Shown here in pieces: positions 34,464-44,389 of a stretch of DNA of 64,000 nucleotides. This stretch comes from Waddlia chondrophila WSU 86-1044 (lineage in GTDB: Bacteria > Chlamydiota > Chlamydiia > Chlamydiales > CAMCWV01), in NCBI GenBank assembly GCA_945882915.1, contig CAMCWV010000006.1:5076-69075 (forward strand), given 5' to 3'. The notes under the pieces are model-generated. The model was not told the origin of the DNA, did not search any database, and saw only the letters and a list, made by a program, of their open reading frames with translations. The position numbers and the translations under genes are program-made. The stretch's first letter is position 1, and each line of letters begins with the position of its first letter.

Positions 34464-34556
34464 TATATTCCTCTTAGCTGAATACGAGAATTTAGGCTAG
34501 CGCGAAAGCTCCCGCGGCTGAACGATCGCAAGTCGCCCAATATTAGAAATATACTC
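34464..34556. repeat. family-A element, degenerate/truncated (left terminus + half of inner palindrome)
   Basis: TATATTCCTCTTAGCTGAATACGAGAATTTAGGCTAGCGCGAAAGCTCCCGCGGCTGAACGATCGCAAGT...TATTAGAAATATACTCC. Confidence 0.75.
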
Positions 34557-34582
34557 CAAAATCCGTGTTATTTATTTTTTGG

Positions 34583-36649
34583 TTAGTAATCGCAGAGCTG
34601 GCGGAGGGTCCGTTCGATGTCAGCGACTTGTGGAAGCACCTTATTTTCAAGAACTTTCGAATAGGAAACAATAACATCAAGTCCGCATACGCGCATTATA
34701 GGAGCGTCCAAATACTCAAACGCCTGTTCAGCGACTCTCGCTACAACTTCAGCTCCAAAGCCGCAATTACGTGGAGCTTCGTGTGCAACAAGCAACTTAC
34801 CTGTCTTGCGCACCGACGTTAAAATAGTTACAATATCCAAAGGGACAATTGTCCGAATATCAATCACCTCAACAGAAACTCCTTCCTTAGAGAGCCTTTC
34901 AGCAGCCTCTAAAGCCATGAGAACTGTCATTCCCCAGGCAACAATCGTTGCATCACTTCCTTCTCGCACAATTTTAGCTTGCCCAAAGGGGATAAGATAG
35001 TCGCTAGGAGGCTCTTCACGGCCAGAAAACACCTGCTGTCTATAAAGCGCTTTGTGCTCAAGAAAAATAACAGGATTAGGATCTCGCATAGCCATCTTAA
35101 AAAGCCCCTTAGCATCGGCAGCATTACTAGGGATGACTACTTTCAGTCCAGGGCAATGTGACAGGAACCCCTCAATACTCTGAGAGTGATAGGGACCCCC
35201 TTGTATATATCCACCGCAAGGCATGCGAATAACAAGAGGAACCTTCCACTCTCCATTTGCTCTGTAGTGAAGGCTTGCCACTTCGTTAAATAACTGGTTA
35301 ATCCCTGTCCACACATAGTCAGCAAATTGGATTTCAGCAACAGGATGGTGAACGCCATCTAAAGACATCCCAAGCGCAAGACCAATAATTGTCGACTCTG
35401 CCAAAGGAGTATTAAAACAACGTTTACCATGTTTTTTAGTAAGATTCGCCGTAACGCCAAACACGCCACCCTTGCCATGAGCCACGTCTTGACCGAAGAC
35501 AACAACCCCAGGATTATGAGTCATTTCTTCATCTAGGGCATGATTAAGGGCATCTACCATCACGATCTTCTCACCGGCAGGCCCCTCCGCTCTCTCTGAG
35601 CCAAAATCGACAGCTTCAAAATCGGCAAAAACGTGCTTAGTGACAGAATCTTCGGCAGGATGAGGCAATGCATCTGCGGCAATAGAAGCATCATCCACCT
35701 CTTGCGAACACTTATTTCGAAGGGTTTCAAGTTGCTGCTCTGTTGCGATTTTCTCATGTAAGACCCACTGTTCCATGCGAAGGATGGGATCTAATTCTTT
35801 TTCTTGAGCAACTTTTATATCTGAGCGGTACTTGCGAGGATCATCACTACTGCTGTGAGCGGCTAGGCGAGGAACTTTAGAAATAACAGCAGAAGGGCCC
35901 TTCCCTTTACGGCCCCTTTCAACAGCTTTCTTAAAAGCATGACTTACCGCCTCATAGTCAGTCCCGTCAACAGCATGCACCTCCAGGCCGTGATACCCTT
36001 CAAGGATGGGCACAATTGAGCCCCCTGTTGTCTGTTCACAAATGGGAACAGAAATCGCCCAGCCATTATCCTGGATAGAAAAAATAACAGGGAGTTTGTG
36101 AATAGAAGAAAAATTAACTGCCTCATGGAAATCACCTTGAGAAGTCGCCCCATCGCCGGCAGAGACATAAACAACTTCATCTTTTCCAGAAAGTGTTAGC
36201 CCCTTTGCAAGACCGGCAGCTTGAAGAAACTGTGACCCAACGCAGCTTGACTGACAAGCAATCCGAAGCTCTTTATGAGAATAATGGACGGGCATCATTC
36301 TTCCTGCTGAATGATGCTTTCCTGCTCTTGCTAAACTCCCTGCTAAAAGTTCAACAGCAGAACACCCCAAGCTCACAACCAGAGGCTGATCTCGGTAGTA
36401 AGGCAATGCCCAGTCTTTTCCAGCGGTTAACGCTTGGCCTGCAACAGCACCCACCATCTCGTGGCCAGCAGCTGACAGCTGAAATGTTCCACCCTTATTC
36501 TGCTTGACGAGCTTGATTGTCTTCTCGTCTATGAACCGGGAGAGGTACATGATCTCGAGTACTTTCAGCGCTTTAGATTGTAATGCCTTAGACTTTTTTT
36601 CTGCAAAACTCACAGGAACTCCTGATGTGCATAATCGCCTATAAAGCAA
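34583..36649 (-). CDS. 2-oxo-acid (branched-chain/pyruvate) dehydrogenase E1, fused alpha+beta subunits
   Basis: 688 aa. The alpha part has the TPP motif GDGATSQGDFHEAVNF. The beta part has CFNTPLAESTIIGLALGMS and the IRMPCGG..GGPYHSQS region. It lies upstream of dnaJ-rpsU as in Chlamydia. The start codon is uncertain (TTG in the track). Confidence 0.9.
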   Translation of the reverse strand: MLYRRLCTSGVPVSFAEKKSKALQSKALKVLEIMYLSRFIDEKTIKLVKQNKGGTFQLSAAGHEMVGAVAGQALTAGKDWALPYYRDQPLVVSLGCSAVELLAGSLARAGKHHSAGRMMPVHYSHKELRIACQSSCVGSQFLQAAGLAKGLTLSGKDEVVYVSAGDGATSQGDFHEAVNFSSIHKLPVIFSIQDNGWAISVPICEQTTGGSIVPILEGYHGLEVHAVDGTDYEAVSHAFKKAVERGRKGKGPSAVISKVPRLAAHSSSDDPRKYRSDIKVAQEKELDPILRMEQWVLHEKIATEQQLETLRNKCSQEVDDASIAADALPHPAEDSVTKHVFADFEAVDFGSERAEGPAGEKIVMVDALNHALDEEMTHNPGVVVFGQDVAHGKGGVFGVTANLTKKHGKRCFNTPLAESTIIGLALGMSLDGVHHPVAEIQFADYVWTGINQLFNEVASLHYRANGEWKVPLVIRMPCGGYIQGGPYHSQSIEGFLSHCPGLKVVIPSNAADAKGLFKMAMRDPNPVIFLEHKALYRQQVFSGREEPPSDYLIPFGQAKIVREGSDATIVAWGMTVLMALEAAERLSKEGVSVEVIDIRTIVPLDIVTILTSVRKTGKLLVAHEAPRNCGFGAEVVARVAEQAFEYLDAPIMRVCGLDVIVSYSKVLENKVLPQVADIERTLRQLCDY

Positions 36650-36663
36650 CCTCTTCAGCTACT

Positions 36664-37848
36664 TTACGAAGATAAATCGGAAAAAAAAGACTTAATCTTC
36701 TCTAGAAAAGAGCGTTTACGCGGAAAGTTTTCGCTACTTTCTGAATCACCAAATTCGCGCAGAAGTTGTCTTTGCTTTTCGGTTAATTGTGAAGGAGTCT
36801 CAACGATCACCTTAATTAAAAGATCTCCTTTGCCCTGTCCATGGACATTCGGAAAACCTTCGCCGCGCATCTTAAAGACCTTGCCGCTCTGAGTCCCCTC
36901 AGGAATTGTCATGCGGCAGCTGCCTGTAAGTGTTGGCATATCTTTTTTGCAACCTAGAGCCGCTTCTGCAAAACTAATTGGAAGATCAAGAAGAAGGTTT
37001 TCCTCTTCTCTTTGGAAAACTTGGTGTGGATCGACCTCTAAGAAAACGTAAAGGTCTCCTGGAGGCCCCCCACTCTCACCAGCATCCCCATGGCCAGTCA
37101 TCTTAAGACGCATGCCAGAGTCTACACCAGCAGGAATGCGCACTTTTACATTCTGCTTTTCTTTTAGTCGTCCTTGGCCTCGACACTTTTTGCAAGGATC
37201 TGTAATCACTTGCCCTTCGCCATGGCAGTCAGGACATGCTGTTGACATGCTAAAGAACCCGCGACTGGTAACAACCTGCCCGCGACCTTCGCAACGCTTA
37301 CAACGCTTAATCCCTTGCGCTGATGCTGCACCTTTACCGCTGCAATCACGACAACTAACATAGTTAAGAATAGCAAGCTCTTTTTCTACACCTTTTGCTG
37401 CCTCTTCAAAAGAAAGGCGAATAGTTGCTCTTTTGCTAGCCCCTTGCTTTCCATAAGAGCCCCCTTCTGCACCGCCGCCGCCGTCGCCGAAGAAGTCAAA
37501 CATCGATTCGCCGCCACCGCTGCCGCCACCGCCAAAAGCACCCATGAAAGTGCGAAGCGCCTCTTCCATGTTACTGAAACCTCTAGCACCGCCACCGCTG
37601 CCACCAGCGCCGCCTTGAAGGCCTTCTTTTCCATAACGATCATAAAGCTGACGCTTTTTCTCATCATTAAGTACTTCATAGGCCTCGGAAACCTTTTTAA
37701 ATTCAGCTTCAGCCTTTGGATTCCCAGGGTTACGATCAGGATGGCATTTAAGCGCTTGTTTTCGATAAGCCTTCTTAATCTCGTCTGGAGTGGCCCCTCG
37801 TTCAACACCTAAAATTTGGTAAAAATCGCTCATAGTATCCGCAGTCAT
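36664..37848 (-). CDS. dnaJ: molecular chaperone DnaJ
   Basis: 394 aa with a J-domain (HPDRNPG), a G-rich linker and four CxxCxGxG repeats ([32 protein letters not shown]). Confidence 0.96.
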   Translation of the reverse strand: MTADTMSDFYQILGVERGATPDEIKKAYRKQALKCHPDRNPGNPKAEAEFKKVSEAYEVLNDEKKRQLYDRYGKEGLQGGAGGSGGGARGFSNMEEALRTFMGAFGGGGSGGGESMFDFFGDGGGGAEGGSYGKQGASKRATIRLSFEEAAKGVEKELAILNYVSCRDCSGKGAASAQGIKRCKRCEGRGQVVTSRGFFSMSTACPDCHGEGQVITDPCKKCRGQGRLKEKQNVKVRIPAGVDSGMRLKMTGHGDAGESGGPPGDLYVFLEVDPHQVFQREEENLLLDLPISFAEAALGCKKDMPTLTGSCRMTIPEGTQSGKVFKMRGEGFPNVHGQGKGDLLIKVIVETPSQLTEKQRQLLREFGDSESSENFPRKRSFLEKIKSFFSDLSS

Positions 37849-38026
37849 ATTAGCTAAAATTCCTTAGAAATAAAAAAAACTCAAAAGATAAGAAAAACAC
37901 TCAGCGCTCGCAGGTCACATCAAGTCACCTGCATAGTTGATAAAGCCTCAAACAATAAGATAAACCAACGCACAAACCGCGTGACTAAATTCTGTCTGAA
38001 CCGCGCATTTTAAACTTCATCGACTA

Positions 38027-38191
38027 TATACTCCGCTTAGCTGAAAACGGGAATTTGGGCTAGCGCAAAAGCTCCCGCGGCCGAACGATCGCAAGTGCCT
38101 TAGTAGTAGAAATACAAAGGGCACTTGCGATCGTTCAGCCCTGGGGCTTTGGCGCTAGCCCAAATTCCCATTTTCAGCTAAGCGGAGTATA
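38027..38191. repeat. family-A element (~165-bp form)
   Basis: TATACTCCGCTTAGCTGAAAACGGGAATTTGGGCTAGCGCAAAAGCTCCCGCGGCCGAACGATCGCAAGTGCCTTAGTAGTAGAAATACAAAGGGCACTTGCGATCGTTCAGCC...CCCAAATTCCCATTTTCAGCTAAGCGGAGTATA. Confidence 0.92.
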
Positions 38192-38222
38192 GCTACTGGG
38201 GGGTGCTGAAACGCACTAGGCT

Positions 38223-38402
38223 CTAAACATGCTTATATTTGCGAGCCATTTTAGACTTTTCTTTTTTTGCGACAGAAGGCTTAGCGTAGTGGCGCTTAGC
38301 CTTTACTGCCCTCAAAACCCCTTCTCTATCCACTTTCTTCTTCATGATTCTCATGCCTTTTTCGAGGGGTTCTCCTGGGCGAAGACTTACTGATATCGTC
38401 AT
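38223..38402 (-). CDS. rpsU: 30S ribosomal protein S21
   Basis: Not in the ORF track (59 aa). Reverse-strand ATG 38400-38402 gives MTISVSLRPGEPLEKGMRIMKKKVDREGVLRAVKAKRHYAKPSVAKKEKSKMARKYKHV*, a typical S21. It is adjacent to dnaJ as in Chlamydia. Confidence 0.88.
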   Translation of the reverse strand: MTISVSLRPGEPLEKGMRIMKKKVDREGVLRAVKAKRHYAKPSVAKKEKSKMARKYKHV

Positions 38403-38743
38403 TGATTTCCTGTCCTAAAGTTATGGTTTTTTACTATGCACTCGACCCCTCTAATTAGGAGGTCGAATTTTGATTTGAGAAATAGTGATAGTTTAACTGA
38501 TCATTAAGATTACGTGGAACAGAAAAAACCGACCTTATGCAGTTATCTCTTTTAACAGGCCTTAAAAAAGAACAAGACAAACAGGATAGCCGGGATAAGA
38601 GGAGTATAGATAGAGCAAGTAAGTAAGTGTTTGCTTTTCCCTGTATCTATCCTGTTTTTATCCTGCCCATCCTGTTCTTGTATTTTCTCTCACGTTCTCT
38701 CAAGCCTATGTGTTTCAAAACCTGTTCTTCTATAAGTGAGGTA

Positions 38744-38907
38744 TATAATCCTCGTAGTTGAAAACGGGAATTTGGGCTAGCGCGAAAGCTCCCGCGGCCG
38801 AACGATCGCAAGTGCCTTAGTATTAGAAATACAAAGGGTACTTGCGATCGTTCAGCCCCGGGGCTTTGGCGCCGTCCAAGTTCCCATTTTCAGCTACGAG
38901 GAGTATA
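38744..38907. repeat. family-A element (~165-bp form)
   Basis: TATAATCCTCGTAGTTGAAAACGGGAATTTGGGCTAGCGCGAAAGCTCCCGCGGCCGAACGATCGCAAGTGCCTTAGTATTAGAAATACAAAGGGTACTTGCGATCGTTCAGCC...GTCCAAGTTCCCATTTTCAGCTACGAGGAGTATA. Confidence 0.92.
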
Positions 38908-38915
38908 TACTCCTT

Positions 38916-39593
38916 TTATCCTGCTATTTTCTTCTTGCTTAGTTCTATCTCGGCTTGGGTGAGGCGGAGGTAAAGCAGCTCTAGCTTTCCGTCATATGAG
39001 CCCCTTCCCTCAGCTAGCTGCCTAGCGGCATCCACTGCAAACTGCTGACTATTAGGCGCTTGCTCTATCCATTCAAAGCCAGAAAACACCTCTTTTTTAG
39101 AAAGAGTTTCTTTATGTGGGGTGACAATCCTGCGCACAGCGCCCAGCCTCTCCACAAATTGATCTAGCGAGCATCTATCCGGCGGGGTAGTGTAACTCAC
39201 TCCATCTGCTAGGCGCTCCCCTATCATGAAATATACGCCACCAGCACGGGCATCAAGAACGCTTGCAAAGAGGCCCTCTTGAAGCGGAACAAAAGCCTGA
39301 AGGCTACTCACCCCAATTAAAGGGACCTTCCTGGCATAAGCAAAACACTTAGCAGCAGCTGCCCCAACACGCATGCCAGTATAAGACCCCGGCCCCACCC
39401 CCACAACAACGGCAGTAATAGCAGAAGGGGTTAGCCCTAGACGCTTAAAGCACTTATCTATCGAGGCAAGTAGGGTGTGACTATGTTGATATCCCCCTTG
39501 AAGCCGCTCTTCTATTAAAATTTCGCTACCTGAAGCAATAGCAACAAGCCCTCGATCTGTACTCGTCTCTATAATTAAAAACATTTTTACCAT
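38916..39593 (-). CDS. tsaB: tRNA t6A37 biosynthesis protein TsaB (YeaZ)
   Basis: 225 aa. ...LIIETSTDRGLVAI... and VGVGPGSYTGMRVG are typical TsaB motifs. It lies between rpsU and lon as in Chlamydia. Confidence 0.85.
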   Translation of the reverse strand: MVKMFLIIETSTDRGLVAIASGSEILIEERLQGGYQHSHTLLASIDKCFKRLGLTPSAITAVVVGVGPGSYTGMRVGAAAAKCFAYARKVPLIGVSSLQAFVPLQEGLFASVLDARAGGVYFMIGERLADGVSYTTPPDRCSLDQFVERLGAVRRIVTPHKETLSKKEVFSGFEWIEQAPNSQQFAVDAARQLAEGRGSYDGKLELLYLRLTQAEIELSKKKIAG

Positions 39594-39608
39594 CTTTGAT
39601 TCTGTGTA

Positions 39609-39657
39609 TATACTTCTCGTAGTTGAAAACGGGAATGTGGGCTAGCGCGAAAGCTCC
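39609..39657. repeat. family-A solo left half
   Basis: TATACTTCTCGTAGTTGAAAACGGGAATGTGGGCTAGCGCGAAAGCTCC. Confidence 0.8.
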
Positions 39658-39710
39658 AGGACTTTAGAACTAGCTTTTCTTCTAGTTATTTATGCAATTG
39701 GACACTAAAC

Positions 39711-42230
39711 TTGACGGGCTTGTACACTATGCAGTTGAGGCAGAACTTGAATTCTCACAAGAAACACGAAGAATCTATAGAAGACATCGAAGAAGCTATC
39801 ATTGAATCCCTTGAAGAAAGTCTAGAAGCTGCAAAAGGCGCTGCCGCCCCTCCTTCACGGCTTTTGATTATCCCTCATAACCGACGCCCCTTTTTCCCTG
39901 GAATGGCCGCGCCCATTGTTATCCCTCAAGGACCTTACTACGAAGCGCTTAAGCACATTGCTAACTCTGAGTCTAAATGTGTCGGGATTCTTATAACAAA
40001 AAAAGAAGACGCCCCCATCAACGAAGTCACCTTCAAAGACCTCCACCACGTGGGTGTACTCGCCAGAGTCTTGCGCATTATCCCAATTGAACAAGGTGGC
40101 GCGCAAGTTATTCTTAATATCGAAAAGCGCTTTACCGCCAAAAAGCCGATAGTAAAATCAAAGCATCTCATGGCCACCGCGGTCTACCACCAAGATAACA
40201 TGGTCGCATCAGAGGAGCTTAAAGCTTACGCCATTAACATCATTACGACAATCAAAGAGTTACTTAAGCTCAATCCACTCTTCAAAGAAGAGCTTCAGAT
40301 TTTCTTGGGCCACTCCGACTTTACCGAACCAGGAAAACTTGCCGACTTTGCAGTTGCTTTAACAACTGCCTCGCGCGAAGAGCTTCAAAACATCCTGGAA
40401 ACTTTCGACATTCAGTCACGTATTGACAAAGCGCTCCTTCTCCTTAAAAAGGAACTTGACCTTAGCAAACTCCAAAGCGTCATTAACCAAAAGATTGAAG
40501 GGTCGATTTCTAAGACGCAAAAAGAGTTTTTTCTCCGAGAACAACTCAAGACGATTAAGAAAGAACTCGGCGTTGAAAAAGACGAAAAAGTTTGCGATGC
40601 CGAGAAGTTCAATGCGCGCCTAAAAGACAGAAAAGTCCCTCCTGATATCATGAATGTCATTAAAGAGGAAATGGACAAGCTGAGCGCTCTAGAGGCAATG
40701 TCAGCCGAATATTCTGTCTGCCGTAACTACCTTGACTGGCTAACCATTATCCCTTGGGGAATGGTCAGTGACGACACACAAAGCTTCCGCAAAGCCGAAA
40801 AAATCCTTGCTCAAGATCATTACGGCCTTGAGGACATCAAAGAACGGATCCTTGAGTTTATTGGTGTCGGCAAGCTCTCTGGAGGGGTTAAAGGGAGCAT
40901 TATCTGCTTAGTTGGCCCTCCTGGGGTAGGAAAGACAAGTATTGGACGAAGCATTGCCAGAGCCTTAAACCGAAAGTTTTACCGCTTCTCAGTAGGAGGA
41001 ATGCGCGACGAAGCTGAAATTAAAGGACATCGCCGCACGTACATTGGCGCAATGCCCGGCAAGCTCGTTCAGGCCCTTAAGTACACGCAGACAATGAATC
41101 CTGTCATCATGCTTGATGAAGTCGATAAACTAGGAAGTAGTTATCAAGGAGACCCTGCCTCCGCTCTTTTAGAGGTTTTGGATCCTGAGCAAAACGTTGA
41201 GTTTCTCGACCATTATCTTGATGTTCGCTGCAATCTTTCCGACATCCTTTTTATTGTCACAGCAAACGTCCTAGACACCATTCCCGAACCTTTAAAGGAC
41301 AGAATGGACATCATGCGCCTTTCTGGATACATTCTTGAAGAAAAGATCGAGATCGCAAAGAAATACCTCATTCCGCGCAACCGTAAGACCATGGGGCTTA
41401 AAGCTGAGCAAATAGAATTTAGCCATAACGGCCTTTGCGCCATCATCAATGGGTATGCTAGGGAAGCCGGTGTCCGCGGCCTAGAAAACCAAATCAAGAA
41501 GATCTTGCGCAAAGTAGCTGTTCTCATTGTCAAACATGACGAAGCTCCGGTCAAAAAGAAAAAAGGGAGAAAAGTCGCGCAAATTCCTTTAAAAACAGTC
41601 CGCATCACCTCTGAAACAGTCCAAAAATTCCTTCGCAAACCCACATTTACTAGCGACCGTTTCTATAAACGGACCCCTGTGGGCGTCGCTATGGGACTTG
41701 CCTGGACCTCTTTGGGCGGGGCTACTCTCTACGTCGAATCCATCAAGATTGCAGCAGAGAAAAGCTCCATGAAGCTTACAGGACAAGCTGGGGATGTAAT
41801 GAAAGAATCTTCGGAAATCGCCTGGAGCTACCTTCACAGCGCTATTCACAAGTACGCTCCGGAGTACACCTTCTTTGAAAAGGCGCAAGCCCACATGCAC
41901 ATCCCAGAGGGAGCCACTCCAAAAGATGGCCCTTCTGCCGGGATTACGATGACAACATCTTTGCTATCCCTTCTCCTTAACACACCTGTCCTAGATAACT
42001 TAGGAATGACAGGAGAGCTTACCCTCACCGGAAAGATTCTCCCTGTTGGCGGCATTAAAGAAAAAATCATTGCGGCCAGACGCTCAGGATTGCAAACACT
42101 CATTCTTCCAAGGGACAATATCCCCGATTACGAAGAGCTCCCTAACTACATTAAAAAGGGCTTAGAGGTTCATTTTGTTGACCACTACGACGAAGTTCTC
42201 CCTATCGCCTTTCCATCCATAAGCGAGTAA
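39711..42230 (+). CDS. lon: ATP-dependent Lon protease
   Basis: About 835 aa with GPPGVGKTS, a Walker B (VIMLDEVDK) and the protease site KDGPSAGITM. The start is either TTG 39711 or ATG 39729. Confidence 0.96.
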   Translation: MTGLYTMQLRQNLNSHKKHEESIEDIEEAIIESLEESLEAAKGAAAPPSRLLIIPHNRRPFFPGMAAPIVIPQGPYYEALKHIANSESKCVGILITKKEDAPINEVTFKDLHHVGVLARVLRIIPIEQGGAQVILNIEKRFTAKKPIVKSKHLMATAVYHQDNMVASEELKAYAINIITTIKELLKLNPLFKEELQIFLGHSDFTEPGKLADFAVALTTASREELQNILETFDIQSRIDKALLLLKKELDLSKLQSVINQKIEGSISKTQKEFFLREQLKTIKKELGVEKDEKVCDAEKFNARLKDRKVPPDIMNVIKEEMDKLSALEAMSAEYSVCRNYLDWLTIIPWGMVSDDTQSFRKAEKILAQDHYGLEDIKERILEFIGVGKLSGGVKGSIICLVGPPGVGKTSIGRSIARALNRKFYRFSVGGMRDEAEIKGHRRTYIGAMPGKLVQALKYTQTMNPVIMLDEVDKLGSSYQGDPASALLEVLDPEQNVEFLDHYLDVRCNLSDILFIVTANVLDTIPEPLKDRMDIMRLSGYILEEKIEIAKKYLIPRNRKTMGLKAEQIEFSHNGLCAIINGYAREAGVRGLENQIKKILRKVAVLIVKHDEAPVKKKKGRKVAQIPLKTVRITSETVQKFLRKPTFTSDRFYKRTPVGVAMGLAWTSLGGATLYVESIKIAAEKSSMKLTGQAGDVMKESSEIAWSYLHSAIHKYAPEYTFFEKAQAHMHIPEGATPKDGPSAGITMTTSLLSLLLNTPVLDNLGMTGELTLTGKILPVGGIKEKIIAARRSGLQTLILPRDNIPDYEELPNYIKKGLEVHFVDHYDEVLPIAFPSISE

Positions 42231-42243
42231 TCTGGAGTGGCAG

Positions 42244-42804
42244 ATGACAGAGCAAAAAAAAGCTGAACAAAAAAAAGCTGAACAAAAGAAAGCCGATGAA
42301 TACTGGCTAACAGCTCACCTCAGAAAGGTCATAGCTCCCGAGCAGCTCAAAGCAATTGTTCATAAGCTAAAGGCAGCAGGCAAGACCATCGCCACATTAA
42401 ACGGCTCTTTCGATTTGCTACACGCGGGTCATTTGCACATTATTTATGAAGCCTCTAAAGTCGCCGACATTCTAATAGTAGCTTTAAATAGCGACAGCTC
42501 TATTAGACAGTACAAGAGCATCCACCGTCCGATCATTGCCCTCGAGCACCGGATTCAAATGATGACCGCTCTAGGTTTTGTAGGTTACGTCACTTGGTTT
42601 AACGAAACAGACCCAAGAACAATCCTCGAGACGATTCAGCCTCATGTCCATGTGAATGGAGCTGAATACGGAGAAAATTGTATTGAAGCCCCCGTTATCA
42701 AAGCGTATGGTGGACGAATTCATATCGTCCCTCTAATTCCTGGACTCTCGACCTCACAAGTTGTAAATAAGATCCAGAATAAGGATAGATTTAATTCAAA
42801 ATAA
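42244..42804 (+). CDS. cytidylyltransferase-like protein, RfaE domain II-like (D-beta-D-heptose 1-phosphate adenylyltransferase)
   Basis: 186 aa. TLNGSFDLLHAGHLHII has the (G.FD.lH.GH) nucleotidyltransferase signature. The N-terminus carries (EQKKA)x3, encoded by a 3 x 15-bp tandem repeat at 42250-42294. Confidence 0.7.
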   Translation: MTEQKKAEQKKAEQKKADEYWLTAHLRKVIAPEQLKAIVHKLKAAGKTIATLNGSFDLLHAGHLHIIYEASKVADILIVALNSDSSIRQYKSIHRPIIALEHRIQMMTALGFVGYVTWFNETDPRTILETIQPHVHVNGAEYGENCIEAPVIKAYGGRIHIVPLIPGLSTSQVVNKIQNKDRFNSK

Positions 42805-42812
42805 ATTAGCAT

Positions 42813-44051
42813 ATGCGATTAATCTGCTCAATACCTGACCTAAATGATGGCCAAGATTTTTCAACCTTTTTGACCAACGAAGGAATTGAAAATACTTGTG
42901 AAAGCATTATTAACGGCCCCAAAGGGGATCCGCTCTGCCACATTTGGGTGCATAACGAAAATGATGTTACCCTTGGCATCGAGCGGTATGAAGCGTTCCT
43001 AAAGTCCCCAGATAGCCCCCACTTTCGCGGCCTACAACCTACCGAAAAAAAAGCTCACCCCACCGAAACCAAACAAAAAACAGAAACTAGCAAAGAGCCT
43101 TTTAAATCCACCCTTCCGCCTCAAAAACTCCGTTCACTTCTATCTCAAGCCTCTTCTTTAAAAATAACGACCCTTCTCCTGATCCTCTGCGGGCTACTTT
43201 TTGTTTGGCAAGAGATCGATATAAAACCCCTCCTTGGACCTATACATCCCAAAGAAGTTACTTGGTATGTAGGAACCGTCTCTTCTCCAATTGAGAAAAA
43301 ACTATTCTTCGACTATCCCGAGACCTTCCGCCTTACTGATCAACTCGTCAGCCTGTACAGCTGGGCTGCCCTCGAACACCCCGCTGAGCTGCCAGAAGAA
43401 GGGCACTCCCTCTTACAAAAGACAATAAACACACCCTATTGGGAAGGGTTTTACACTGAGCTACAAGAGCATTTTACTCAGCCCCCTACAAAAGAGCCCT
43501 CTATAAAAGAAGCATCTACAAGCGTATCTCTCATTCAAAAAGCCCCCCTTTTCGAAAAGATCCGCGAAGGTCAGATCTGGAGACTTTTTACTCCCTGCTT
43601 GCTTCACGGGGACCTCTTCCACCTCTTTTTCAACGTAGTATGGCTACTTATTTTAGGCTCTCAAATTGAACAAAAAATCAAATTCTCACGTTACCTGCTG
43701 CTTATTCTTGTGACAGGGATTCTAACCAACACAGCTCAATACCTGATGAGTGGCTTTCAATTCTTAGGGCTCTCTGGGATTGTGTGCGCGATGGCTGCAT
43801 TTATATGGACACGGCAACGTATTGCAGCTTGGGAAGGGTACAATCTGAATAAGACAACTGTGAGCCTGATTGGCTTCTTTATTTTGACAATGCTCATTAT
43901 TCAAACTGCCTCCTTCTTTATCGAAGTTTACGGCAATGGCTCTATTTCCCCGGGAATTGCAAATACAGCCCACCTCTCTGGAATCATCCTCGGGCTTATT
44001 TTAGGAAGACTTCCCCTTTTCTCCTGGCGCCCAGACCTCCTCAAAATGTAG
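42813..44051 (+). CDS. rhomboid-family intramembrane serine protease with N-terminal soluble domain
   Basis: 412 aa. The C-terminal 6-TM core has HGDLFHLFFN, GLSGIVCAM (catalytic Ser) and AHLSGI (His). Confidence 0.85.
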   Translation: MRLICSIPDLNDGQDFSTFLTNEGIENTCESIINGPKGDPLCHIWVHNENDVTLGIERYEAFLKSPDSPHFRGLQPTEKKAHPTETKQKTETSKEPFKSTLPPQKLRSLLSQASSLKITTLLLILCGLLFVWQEIDIKPLLGPIHPKEVTWYVGTVSSPIEKKLFFDYPETFRLTDQLVSLYSWAALEHPAELPEEGHSLLQKTINTPYWEGFYTELQEHFTQPPTKEPSIKEASTSVSLIQKAPLFEKIREGQIWRLFTPCLLHGDLFHLFFNVVWLLILGSQIEQKIKFSRYLLLILVTGILTNTAQYLMSGFQFLGLSGIVCAMAAFIWTRQRIAAWEGYNLNKTTVSLIGFFILTMLIIQTASFFIEVYGNGSISPGIANTAHLSGIILGLILGRLPLFSWRPDLLKM

Positions 44052-44130
44052 AGCTACATATTTTAACGCAAAGGAGCAAAAGGCGCGAAGGCGCAAAGAA
44101 TAAAGATAAAAAAACAGGACGCAAAAAAGT

Positions 44131-44280
44131 TAAATAAGTGTTTGACATCTCCAAAATGTAACCAGACCGTCCCGGTCTGGGATCTAAGCTTACTGCCAAG
44201 CAAACGCTTGCTTCGGCTTAATCTGAAATCCCAGACCGGGACGGTCTGGTTACATTTTAGAGATGTCAAACACTTATTTA
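44131..44280. repeat. family-B compound palindrome with extended outer arms
   Basis: TAAATAAGTGTTTGACATCTCCAAAATGTAACCAGACCGTCCCGGTCTGGGAT...AGCAAACGCTTGCT...ATCCCAGACCGGGACGGTCTGGTTACATTTTAGAGATGTCAAACACTTATTTA. Confidence 0.88.
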
Positions 44281-44316
44281 ATTTGTTTTTATTCTGTGTT
44301 CTCCTGGGGTGAAAGC

Positions 44317-44350
44317 AAAAAAAGGCGTCCCTGTAGAGGACGCCTTTTTT
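44317..44350. terminator. bidirectional rho-independent terminator between convergent genes
   Basis: AAAAAAA-GGCGTCC-CTGTAGA-GGACGCC-TTTTTT. Confidence 0.7.
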
Positions 44351-44389
44351 GCTTTAGAAAAGATTGTAAGGAGAAGCTAACTAAAAAAA

